From: Betaproteobacteria bacterium
GTDB lineage: Bacteria > Pseudomonadota > Gammaproteobacteria > Burkholderiales > SG8-41
Assembly (NCBI GenBank): GCA_947486575.1
Contig: CANKUB010000009.1
Location: 8,649-72,648, forward strand
Length of the DNA: 64,000 bases
Direction: 5' to 3'
In this document: piece after piece, positions 9,310-17,573 of the stretch
Layout: the number at the start of each line of letters is the position of its first letter
Position numbering within the stretch: the first letter of the stretch is position 1
The notes under the pieces: model-generated
What the model was told of the DNA's origin: nothing
Seen by the model: the letters and a program-made list of their open reading frames with translations, nothing else
Database searches by the model: none
Position numbers and translations under genes: made by a program

Positions 9310-10394
9310 AGTGCATACGCTGCGGCACCGACAGCAACTACAAGGAACGCACCGGTAAAAAATGCCCAAAATGCAAGGGCGCTTTTGCGTTTGAACCCAG
9401 GGACGGCGATGCGTTTACCGATCCGGCGTTTCAGCACGCGATCGACACTGTATCGGCCAAAGGCCAACTGCGCTGGGGCGCCGAGCATGTGTACTACGAA
9501 TTGGCACGGCGGCAGCGCGTAAAGTCAGGCTGCGCAACCGTGGCATTCGTCATTCTTGCAGTAATCACGCTGATTGTCGTGCTGAAGGCGGGCTGGTTAG
9601 CGGTAGTGCCCGCGCTCGTAGCGATGCTGATCGGTCGGCACGTGTGGCGGACTAAGAAGCAAAAATTTGTGAAGCTGGTGCAGAAAGATTTCGACAGCAT
9701 GCTGAAAACGTGGCAAAAAGCGCACGGCCAGCCCAAAGGCCTGATCGTGCGCGCTATGACACGGGGCGCTGCCGCGCCGCCACCCCGTGCGCTGGAATCC
9801 GACATCGCCGATTATTCGTTTGATCGCGCCGTAATCTGCGACCGCGCGCGCACTGCCGATCTGCTGCTCGCCAATAACTTTCATTTTGAAAACAATTGCG
9901 CGGTGCTGGCTATCGACGGCTACCCGGAAGCGCAATTTGAAACCGTGCGCGCGATGCTTAAACGCAATCCGCGCCTGCGTGTATTTGCGTTGCACGACGC
10001 CACGCCCAAAGGTTGCCGCCTCGCGAATACACTGGCAACCGATAAAACCTGGTTTGCCGAACAAAAGTTAACCGTGACCGATGTGGGCTTGCGCCCCGGA
10101 CAGGCGCGCGCGTTCACCGGCTTGTTCCAGCCACCCGTCGGACAACCGGTAGCCGCTGGCAAAGGCATTTCAGCAACAGACGCCGCTTGGCTTTCCGCGC
10201 AAACCCTTGAGCTGGCGGTTATACGCCCGGAACAGGTGTTAAAGCGCCTGTATAAAGCGCTGACACGCGAGGAGCAGGACGACTCCGGTGGCGGCGATGG
10301 CAGCAGCAGCGGTGGAGACGGCACGACCCATGATCGTGATTCATTTGCCCATGAAGCCAGCGACGTCGAAAGCGACAGCGACGGATTCGGTTGA
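9306..10394 (+). CDS. zinc-ribbon / two-TM membrane protein with Toprim-like soluble domain and acidic Gly/Ser/Asp tail
   Basis: ATG 9306 overlaps the upstream TGA (ATGA). CxxC-x13-CxxC at the N-terminus, two hydrophobic helices, host-like codon usage. No family recognised with certainty. Confidence 0.75.
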   Translation: MKCIRCGTDSNYKERTGKKCPKCKGAFAFEPRDGDAFTDPAFQHAIDTVSAKGQLRWGAEHVYYELARRQRVKSGCATVAFVILAVITLIVVLKAGWLAVVPALVAMLIGRHVWRTKKQKFVKLVQKDFDSMLKTWQKAHGQPKGLIVRAMTRGAAAPPPRALESDIADYSFDRAVICDRARTADLLLANNFHFENNCAVLAIDGYPEAQFETVRAMLKRNPRLRVFALHDATPKGCRLANTLATDKTWFAEQKLTVTDVGLRPGQARAFTGLFQPPVGQPVAAGKGISATDAAWLSAQTLELAVIRPEQVLKRLYKALTREEQDDSGGGDGSSSGGDGTTHDRDSFAHEASDVESDSDGFG

Positions 10395-10395
10395 T

Positions 10396-11988
10396 GTGAC
10401 GCCCGCCAGTCGCTGTGCACGCATGCGCATCCCCGCGCGTATCGCAGGCGTGCCCGGGCAAACCGCCGTGCTGCATGTGGAGCACGACTGCACGCCTGCG
10501 CCCAGCGAAGCCGACTGGCTGCGCTATCTGGATGGCGGTTTGCTCGGGCAAACCCATGGACCGTTCGCACTGGCACGCGAGCACGCCGATGGCTCGGTCA
10601 CTCTTGCACGTGACGCCATTGGCGAACGCAGCCTGTATTACGCGCTACTACCCAGCGCCCGCATCATTTACGCGTCGCGTCTGCAGGATATCGTCCAATC
10701 GGGACAGGTGGCGCGCGAGCTGAACATGGCCAGTGTCGCAACGTACCTGTCGTGGTCTTACCTGCCCGGGCGCGAAACGCTGGTGCACGGTATTTATAAG
10801 GTGCTGCCCGGCGAGGTGGTGCGCTTCCGCCTCGGGAGTATCACGCGCAGCCACTGGTGGACGTTGCCGGGCGAGCCTGAACACTGGCGCCACGAAACCT
10901 CGCTGCGCCGCGAACTGCGCGACCGCCTGGAATCCGCTGTGCGCCGCCGCTTGCCAGCGGGGCAGCCGGTGGGCGCGACACTCTCGGGCGGCATTGACTC
11001 TAGTCTGGTGGTTGCACTGGCGGCACGCCTGCATGATAAGCCCGTCATTACGTACTCTGTGTCGTTCGGTGCTGACTATCGCAACGAGCTGCCGTTCAGT
11101 TCAAGGGTGGCACGCCATTGCGGCGTCGAACAGCGCATCGTTGAATTGACGCCGCGCACCGTGGTTGATGAACTTGACCGCACCATCGCTCTGCTTGGCG
11201 ATCCGATTGGCGACCCGCTAACCGTACCGAATGCCATGCTGTCTCGTGAGGCTTCACGCGAGGTTGGCGTGGTGCTCAATGGCGAGGGCGGCGATCCCTG
11301 CTTCGGTGGGCCGAAAAACACACCGATGGTGCTGGCGGAACTGTTCGGTGACATGTATGCCACTGATGGCCCACGCCATCGCGCCGCGAGCTATTTGCGT
11401 GCCCATCAAAAATGCTACGACGATCTTGCTGCCATGCTCGAACCAGCTGCATTTGCGGCGATTGCAGTAAACGCACTCGAAGACTGGGTAACGCCTTACC
11501 TTGAGGATACGCGCTGGAAAAGTTTTGTCGGGCGCTTGATGTCGATCAACCTGCTGTGCAAAGGCGCACACCACATCCTCGGCAAAGTGGATGCCCTGAG
11601 CGGCCCGTATGGGGTGTTGCCACGCGCACCGCTGTTCGACCGAGAAATTGCCGAGCTTGCGTTCGCTATCCCGCCGCAACTCAAGCTGCGCGGCGCCATT
11701 GAAAAGTACCTGCTCAAAGAAGCCGTGCGCGACCTGCTGCCAGGCGAAATCATCGACCGCCCAAAAAGCGGCATGCTGGTGCCGGTGCAGGGCTGGTTTC
11801 GCGGGCCGCTGCTGCCGCAAGCCCGCGAACGGCTGCTGGAAGGCCTGGCGCCGTGGGGATTGTTCCGGCGCGATTATCTGGAACGGTTGCTCGACGGACG
11901 GCTACCGGGCATACATACCCGCCGTGGCGTGAAAATCTGGCTGCTGATCACGCTCGAAGCGTGGCTACGCGGCGTGCTCAAACCTTAG
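10396..11988 (+). CDS. asparagine synthetase B-like adenylating enzyme lacking an N-terminal Cys nucleophile
   Basis: PP-loop LSGGIDSS (10984-11004). C-terminal half is colinear with the 7537-9309 protein. GTG 10396 lies 1 nt after the upstream stop; ATG 10423 is an alternative start. The ORF-track start at 10288 overlaps the upstream gene and is unlikely. Confidence 0.8.
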   Translation: MTPASRCARMRIPARIAGVPGQTAVLHVEHDCTPAPSEADWLRYLDGGLLGQTHGPFALAREHADGSVTLARDAIGERSLYYALLPSARIIYASRLQDIVQSGQVARELNMASVATYLSWSYLPGRETLVHGIYKVLPGEVVRFRLGSITRSHWWTLPGEPEHWRHETSLRRELRDRLESAVRRRLPAGQPVGATLSGGIDSSLVVALAARLHDKPVITYSVSFGADYRNELPFSSRVARHCGVEQRIVELTPRTVVDELDRTIALLGDPIGDPLTVPNAMLSREASREVGVVLNGEGGDPCFGGPKNTPMVLAELFGDMYATDGPRHRAASYLRAHQKCYDDLAAMLEPAAFAAIAVNALEDWVTPYLEDTRWKSFVGRLMSINLLCKGAHHILGKVDALSGPYGVLPRAPLFDREIAELAFAIPPQLKLRGAIEKYLLKEAVRDLLPGEIIDRPKSGMLVPVQGWFRGPLLPQARERLLEGLAPWGLFRRDYLERLLDGRLPGIHTRRGVKIWLLITLEAWLRGVLKP

Positions 11989-12068
11989 ACGCGGTCTAAG
12001 GCGTGCGAGAATGGCAGTATGACTCCGCTGAATAGCCAGCAGCCTAAGCCGAATACAGGAACAGCCCA

Positions 12069-13037
12069 ATGAAAAACTTATTTAAAATCAATTACTTACT
12101 AACTCTATGCGCCATGAGCTGGGCAGCCAACGCTCAGCAATACCCCAACAAACCCATACGCATCATCGTCGCCTACACACCTGCGGGCGCCACCGACATC
12201 CTTGCGCGCGCGGTCGGGCAAAAAATGAGCGAGACCTTCGGCCAGCCGGTGGTGATCGAAAACCGTCCCGGCGCCAACGGCAACATCGGCACCGATGTCG
12301 CCGCCAAAGCCACGCCGGATGGCCACACCCTGCTGATGGTGACCGCCGGCACACACGGCATCAATCCCAGCCTCTACCGCAAGCTGCCATGGGACGCGGT
12401 GAAAGATTTCGCGCCGGTCAGTCTGGTGGCGATGGTGCCCAACATTTTTGTTGTCAACAACAGCGTGCCCGCAAAAAGCATCAAGGAATTCATCGCGTAC
12501 CTCAAAGCCAATCCCAATAAATTCAACTACGGATCACCCGGCAACGGCAGTACAGCGCACCTGTCTATGGAATTGTTTAAAACCATGACAGGCACCAACA
12601 TGCAGCACATTCCGTACAAGGGCAGCGCTGGTGTGCTTACCGACGTGATGGGCGGCCAAATTCTCGCCACCATGGACAACATGCCGCCGTACCTGCCGCA
12701 GGTGAAGGCCGGCAAAATCCGCGCGTTGGCGGTCAGCACACCCAAGCGCTCGCCAGCCGTGCCGGACGTTCCCACCGTCGCCGAGGCCGGTGTTGCGGGT
12801 TACAGCTCCGGCGCGTGGTTCGGACTGGTAGCGCCCGCTGGCACACCCAAACCCATCGTCGAAAAACTCGCCACTGAAACACAACGCATACTCAAGTTGC
12901 CCGATGTGAATGAACGTCTGTCCGCGCTGGGTGCCGAGCCGGTGGGTGATTCCCCCACGCAGTTTGCGGCACACATCACATCGGAGATCGCGAAGTGGGC
13001 TAAGGTGATCAAAGATGCGAATGTTGAATTACAGTGA
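12069..13037 (+). CDS. Bug/TctC-family substrate-binding protein
   Basis: Signal peptide plus YPNKPIRIIVAYTPAGATDILAR; 322 aa. Confidence 0.9.
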   Translation: MKNLFKINYLLTLCAMSWAANAQQYPNKPIRIIVAYTPAGATDILARAVGQKMSETFGQPVVIENRPGANGNIGTDVAAKATPDGHTLLMVTAGTHGINPSLYRKLPWDAVKDFAPVSLVAMVPNIFVVNNSVPAKSIKEFIAYLKANPNKFNYGSPGNGSTAHLSMELFKTMTGTNMQHIPYKGSAGVLTDVMGGQILATMDNMPPYLPQVKAGKIRALAVSTPKRSPAVPDVPTVAEAGVAGYSSGAWFGLVAPAGTPKPIVEKLATETQRILKLPDVNERLSALGAEPVGDSPTQFAAHITSEIAKWAKVIKDANVELQ

Positions 13038-13047
13038 GGCTTAAATC

Positions 13048-14196
13048 GTGATCCGCGACCCCGCCTCCTTCCAAATCCTCCTCGATACCATCGCGCGCCT
13101 GGTTCGCGAAAAACTCATTCCGCGCGAGGCCGAAGTCGCCGAAACCGATGAAATTCCCGCCGACATCATGGCCGAGATGCGGCGCATGGGTTTGTTTGGC
13201 CTGACCATTCCCGAAGAATATGGCGGGCTTGGCCTCACCACCGAGGAAGAAGCGCTCACCAGCATGGCGCTCTGTGAGGCGTCGCCGGTGTTTCGCTCGA
13301 TCATGGGCACCAACAACGGTATCGGCGGCATGGGCATCGTGATTGACGGCACCGAAGCGCAGAAGAAAAAGTATTTGCCGCGCCTGGCTACCGGCGAAAT
13401 CATCGGCTCATTTGCGCTGACCGAACCGGGTTCTGGTTCGGATGCGGCGTCGCTCACCACGCGCGCGGAAAAGAAAGGCGATCACTACATCGTCAACGGC
13501 GCCAAGCGCTACATCACCAATGCGCCTGAGGCAGACATTTTTACGCTGATGGCGCGCACAGACCTCAAGTCCAAAGACGCGCACGGCGTATCAGCGTTTA
13601 TTGTCGAGCGTGATTCGCCGGGCTTGAGCGTGGGCAAGCCCGACCGCAAGATGGGCCAACGTGGCTCGCATACGGCGGATGTGATTTTTGATAACGTGCG
13701 CGTGCCGGCTGATAATGTGATTGGCGGCAAAGAAGGCATGGGTTTCAAGACGGCGATGAAAGTGCTGGATCGTGCGCGGCTGAATATTGCCTCGGTGTGC
13801 ACGGGTGTGGCCCAGCGTTGTCTCGATGAAGCGCTGGCGTACGCGCGTGAACGCAAGCAGTTCGGCAAACCTGTGGCGGATTTTCAGTTGATTCAGGCCA
13901 TGCTTGCAGACTCAAAAACCGAAATCTACGCGGCGCGCAGCATGGTGCTTGAAGCCGCGCGCAAACGCGATACCGGTGTGAACATCACCCTGGAAGCGTC
14001 GTGTTGCAAATTATTCGCGTCCGAGATGGTGGGACGCGTTGCTGACCGTGCAGTGCAAATACACGGTGGCGCGGGCTACATGCAGGAATATGCGGTGGAA
14101 CGGCTGTATCGTGATGTGCGGCTGTTCCGCATATTCGAGGGCACCACGCAGATACAGCAACTGGTGATTGCGCGGCATATGCTGCGGAAACAATAA
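13048..14196 (+). CDS. acyl-CoA dehydrogenase
   Basis: 382 aa. ACAD motifs (FALTEPGSGSD, QIHGGAGYMQEY, RIFEGTTQIQ). GTG start. Confidence 0.9.
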   Translation: MIRDPASFQILLDTIARLVREKLIPREAEVAETDEIPADIMAEMRRMGLFGLTIPEEYGGLGLTTEEEALTSMALCEASPVFRSIMGTNNGIGGMGIVIDGTEAQKKKYLPRLATGEIIGSFALTEPGSGSDAASLTTRAEKKGDHYIVNGAKRYITNAPEADIFTLMARTDLKSKDAHGVSAFIVERDSPGLSVGKPDRKMGQRGSHTADVIFDNVRVPADNVIGGKEGMGFKTAMKVLDRARLNIASVCTGVAQRCLDEALAYARERKQFGKPVADFQLIQAMLADSKTEIYAARSMVLEAARKRDTGVNITLEASCCKLFASEMVGRVADRAVQIHGGAGYMQEYAVERLYRDVRLFRIFEGTTQIQQLVIARHMLRKQ

Positions 14197-14217
14197 CCCA
14201 TTGTTTTTATTAATAAA
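14194..14217 (-). repeat. AT-rich intergenic motif copy (reverse orientation)
   Basis: TAACCCATTGTTTTTATTAATAAA. The TAA is the stop codon of the upstream gene. Confidence 0.6.
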
Positions 14218-14232
14218 TTTAAGGGATATGCT

Positions 14233-15768
14233 GTGGCATTCGAAAAACTGATTGAAGAGTTTCAAGCAAGAACGGCCGAAGCGATAGGTATGGGCGGGCC
14301 GGAAAAGCTCGCCAAGCGCAAGGCCGAGGGCCACCTCAACGCGCGCGAGCGCATCGACTATTTGCTGGATAAGGATTCGTTTCTGGAGTCGGGCCGCTAC
14401 GCGCGCAGCAACCGGCCCGAGGTGAAACACAAGACACCATCGGACGGTAAAGTAGCCGGTTTTGGCAAAATTAGTGGACGCGACGTGGGGCTCGTATCCA
14501 ATGATTTCACCGTGCTGGGCGCATCCAGCGCAGTGATCAACATGAAAAAAATCAAGCACGTGAAGCAGACTGCCGCCAAACGCGGCATGCCGCTGGTGCT
14601 GCTGGGTGAATCAAGCGGCGCGCGCATGCCGGATCGCATGGGTGCCGCAGGCCGCGCCATTATTGCGCAGGATCCCACGGAATATCAGCGCCTGCGTGAA
14701 GCGCCGTGGTGTTCGGCGTTGCTGGGCCAGTGCTACGGCTCATCCACCTGGTACTCGGCGATGTCGGATTTTGTGGTGATGCGCAAAGGCGCAATCATGG
14801 CGATTGCCAGCCCCAATGTCACCTCGATTGCAATCAACAAACCGATCAGCGCCGAAGAACTCGGCGGGTGGAAATTGCTTACCGGGATTTCGGGTCTGGC
14901 TGACATGGCGGTGGATACCGACGAGCAGTGTCTCGACGCAATCAAAAAATTTCTCTCGTATCTGCCCAGTCATAACATGGAGGCGCCGCCGGAAGTCGCA
15001 GTGCCGGAAGATTCCGATGAAGCCTGCAAAACTATACTCGACATCATGCCGGAGTCGCGCAATCAGGTGTATGACTCGCGCAAAATCATCAAAGCCGTCG
15101 CTGACAAAGATTCGACGTTTGAGTTGAAGGAACGTTATGGCAAATCCATCGCAACCGTGCTGGGACGGCTGGACGGCAAGAGCGTGGGCTTCATCGCCAA
15201 CAACCCCTTATACAAAGGCGGCGCGCTGGATGCCGATGCCTGCAACAAAGTCACCAGTTTCATGGTGTTGTGCGATTCGTACAACATCCCGCTGGTGTTT
15301 ATGGTGGATGTACCGGGTTTTCTGATTGGCATCGAAGGTGAATTGCGCGGCATGCCGGGCAAAGTGATCAACTGGATGAACGCACTGACACTGGTCACCA
15401 TGCCGAAAATTACGATCATGATGCGCAAGAACTACGGTCAGGCGTTCATCAACATGGCGGGCGGTAAAAACGCTGACGAAATTGCCTGCTGGCCAATGGC
15501 GGACTTGGGCTTCATGGATCCGGCGGTGTCGGTGAATGTGCTCTACGGCGTTAAATTCGAAGATGACCCGGAGCGATTCAAACAGCTCAAAGCGGAAGTG
15601 GAACGTGATACTTCCGCCTGGGGGCTTGCCGAGCTTTACGAGGCGCAAAACGTGATTGACCCGCGCGATACCCGCGAATATCTGATTCGCACACTCGAAG
15701 TGCATCGCATGCGCCTGAAAAAAGGCGTGGGCGAACATCTATTGCGCAACTGGCCGACGAGTTATTAG
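14233..15768 (+). CDS. acyl-CoA carboxylase carboxyltransferase (beta) subunit-like protein
   Basis: 511 aa with a two-lobed carboxyl-transferase domain (GESSGARMPD..., PLVFMVDVPGF). GTG start with AAGGGA 7 nt upstream. No biotin carboxylase or BCCP gene in the window. Confidence 0.85.
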   Translation: MAFEKLIEEFQARTAEAIGMGGPEKLAKRKAEGHLNARERIDYLLDKDSFLESGRYARSNRPEVKHKTPSDGKVAGFGKISGRDVGLVSNDFTVLGASSAVINMKKIKHVKQTAAKRGMPLVLLGESSGARMPDRMGAAGRAIIAQDPTEYQRLREAPWCSALLGQCYGSSTWYSAMSDFVVMRKGAIMAIASPNVTSIAINKPISAEELGGWKLLTGISGLADMAVDTDEQCLDAIKKFLSYLPSHNMEAPPEVAVPEDSDEACKTILDIMPESRNQVYDSRKIIKAVADKDSTFELKERYGKSIATVLGRLDGKSVGFIANNPLYKGGALDADACNKVTSFMVLCDSYNIPLVFMVDVPGFLIGIEGELRGMPGKVINWMNALTLVTMPKITIMMRKNYGQAFINMAGGKNADEIACWPMADLGFMDPAVSVNVLYGVKFEDDPERFKQLKAEVERDTSAWGLAELYEAQNVIDPRDTREYLIRTLEVHRMRLKKGVGEHLLRNWPTSY

Positions 15769-15787
15769 TCGCAAGCGGACCACGTAA

Positions 15788-16654
15788 ATGTTCAGGCGTA
15801 GACGCATACTTCACGCCGCGCTGGCGGGCAGTGCGGCGTTGCTGCAAGGCTGCTCGCCGGTAGCGTTGCTTAACGGTGTTGTGCCGGCGAGTAACTACCA
15901 CGCAAAAACGGGCATCAGCTATGGCACGCATGATCGCCACAAGCTGGATGTCTATCGCCCTGCGAGTGCACCCGCCTCCGCACCGGTCGTGGTGTTTTTT
16001 TATGGTGGCAATTGGGATAGTGGCGAGCGCGCAAACTATTTGTTTGCCGGTGAAGCCTTGGCAGCCAAAGGCTATGTCGCGGTGATCCCCGACTACCGGC
16101 TCTACCCCGAAGTGCGCTATCCCGATTTTCTGACCGATTGTGCCGCCGCAGTACGCTGGGTGTACGAACACATTGCTGAATTTGGCGGTGATCCGCGTCG
16201 CGTGTTTTTGATGGGCCACTCTGCCGGGGCCTACAACGCAGCCATGCTGGCGTTGAATCCGGCGCTAATGCAAGCAGCAGGCGTGGATTCGCGCCGCGTG
16301 CGCGGCTTGATCGGGCTTGCCGGGCCGTATGATTTTATTCCACTGACCGGCCCGATTACCAAAGCGGTTTTTGGATTTCCGGATACACCCATAACATCCC
16401 AGCCCATACACTACGCATCGCCTGCGTCGCCACCGGCGCTACTGGTCACGGGGGATCAGGACGATCTCGTAATGCCGGGCAATAGCACTCGCCTCGCGGC
16501 GCAGTTGCACCGGTATGGTGCGCAGGCACGTGTGATTGTCTATAGCGGCATGGGGCACCTCAAGATTGTTGGCGCGCTGGCCGCACCACTGCGGGGCATT
16601 CCTGGCTTTGGTGTCGTGCTTGACGACGTTGCCACGTTTGTCAATGCCCATTAA
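15788..16654 (+). CDS. alpha/beta-hydrolase (esterase/lipase-like), probable lipoprotein
   Basis: LLQGC lipobox-like signal, VVVFFYGGNW oxyanion region, GHSAGA nucleophile elbow. Confidence 0.8.
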   Translation: MFRRRRILHAALAGSAALLQGCSPVALLNGVVPASNYHAKTGISYGTHDRHKLDVYRPASAPASAPVVVFFYGGNWDSGERANYLFAGEALAAKGYVAVIPDYRLYPEVRYPDFLTDCAAAVRWVYEHIAEFGGDPRRVFLMGHSAGAYNAAMLALNPALMQAAGVDSRRVRGLIGLAGPYDFIPLTGPITKAVFGFPDTPITSQPIHYASPASPPALLVTGDQDDLVMPGNSTRLAAQLHRYGAQARVIVYSGMGHLKIVGALAAPLRGIPGFGVVLDDVATFVNAH

Positions 16655-16677
16655 CCTCTGTGCAATGTAGGAAATGC

Positions 16678-16705
16678 TGCGCGTCGAATTCGCCGTGCGT
16701 TTTTT
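16678..16705 (+). terminator. candidate intrinsic terminator after the esterase gene
   Basis: Imperfect GC-rich hairpin centred on GAATTC (about 7 bp plus a wobble pair), followed by T6 (16700-16705). Confidence 0.4.
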
Positions 16706-16751
16706 CTTCTGCCTTGCGCCGAACGCATAGCCTCCAATCGGGTCTGAAGCG

Positions 16752-17573
16752 ATGGGCATCCACTATTTTTTGAGCTTCGTGATTGAAATGGGACTTAGCT
16801 ATCCTGTTGTTTTTGCTGCGTTATCGGGATTGGCCGCGTTGCTGGCATTGGCGTTTTGCACTTGGCTGGTGAGTCTGGCCAAACACGATGCCAGCGTCGT
16901 AGATAGCGTTTGGGCTGTATTTATCCTGCTTGGCGCCGTGATCTACGCTGCCGCATTGCCGCAAAGCGGGCCGCGTACGCTTTGCGTGATCGCACTTACC
17001 GCGTTGTGGTCGATACGCCTCACCGCGTACTTGACCTGGCGCAACTGGGGCGAGCCCGAAGATCGGCGCTATCAGGATATTCGCGAGCGCAATCAGCCGA
17101 ACTTTGAACGCAAAAGTTTATATCTGGTATTTATTTTGCAAGCGATGCTGGCATGGATAATCTCTGCGCCGTTGCTCGCCGCGCTCGCCGGCGTGCGGCC
17201 TTTGGGTTGGCTGGATGCCGTCGGGGGCGCCGTCGTGATATTCGGTGTGGTGATCGAGAGCGTGGGAGATGCGCAGTTAGTGCGCTTTAAATCGGCAGCA
17301 GCCAATCGCAGCCGCGTAATGAATCGTGGGCTCTGGCGCTATACGCGACATCCGAATTACTTTGGCGAGTTTTGTGTATGGTGGGGGTTCTATCTTATGG
17401 CGCTGTCTGCCGACGGTGAATGGGCTATTATTTCACCACTGCTGATGTCGGTGCTGCTGCTTAAAGTTTCTGGCGTGACCTTGCTGGAAAAAGACATCGC
17501 CGAGCGCCGCCCGGCGTATCGCGAATATGTTTCTCGCACCAACGCATTTTTCCCCGGAACACCAAAATCATGA
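16752..17573 (+). CDS. DUF1295 / steroid 5-alpha-reductase-like integral membrane protein
   Basis: Multi-TM protein with the C-terminal motif RYTRHPNYFGEF typical of DUF1295/ICMT-like proteins. Start uncertain (16752 or 16797). Confidence 0.75.
   Translation: MGIHYFLSFVIEMGLSYPVVFAALSGLAALLALAFCTWLVSLAKHDASVVDSVWAVFILLGAVIYAAALPQSGPRTLCVIALTALWSIRLTAYLTWRNWGEPEDRRYQDIRERNQPNFERKSLYLVFILQAMLAWIISAPLLAALAGVRPLGWLDAVGGAVVIFGVVIESVGDAQLVRFKSAAANRSRVMNRGLWRYTRHPNYFGEFCVWWGFYLMALSADGEWAIISPLLMSVLLLKVSGVTLLEKDIAERRPAYREYVSRTNAFFPGTPKS

Noticed and set aside
7537-11988. Lasso-peptide biosynthetic cluster (AsnB-like cyclase genes)
   Set aside because: There is no transglutaminase-like leader peptidase (B or B1/B2) and no ABC exporter. 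I found no short precursor ORF with a Gly/Ala/Ser/Cys-1 plus Asp/Glu-7-9 core in or around the triad, and two cyclase paralogues would be atypical.
11983-12001. Perfect 8-bp hairpin CCTTAGAC-GCG-GTCTAAGG overlapping the stop of the second AsnB-like gene, considered as an intrinsic terminator
   Set aside because: No U-tract follows, and the next gene starts 68 nt downstream on the same strand. It may be an RNA stability element, but terminator status is unsupported.
12019-12072. 17-codon ORF (MTPLNSQQPKPNTGTAQ) overlapping the Bug start, considered as a RiPP precursor
   Set aside because: It has no acidic residue for isopeptide formation, no leader-like region and no visible Shine-Dalgarno sequence. 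It is most simply chance sequence in an 80-nt spacer.
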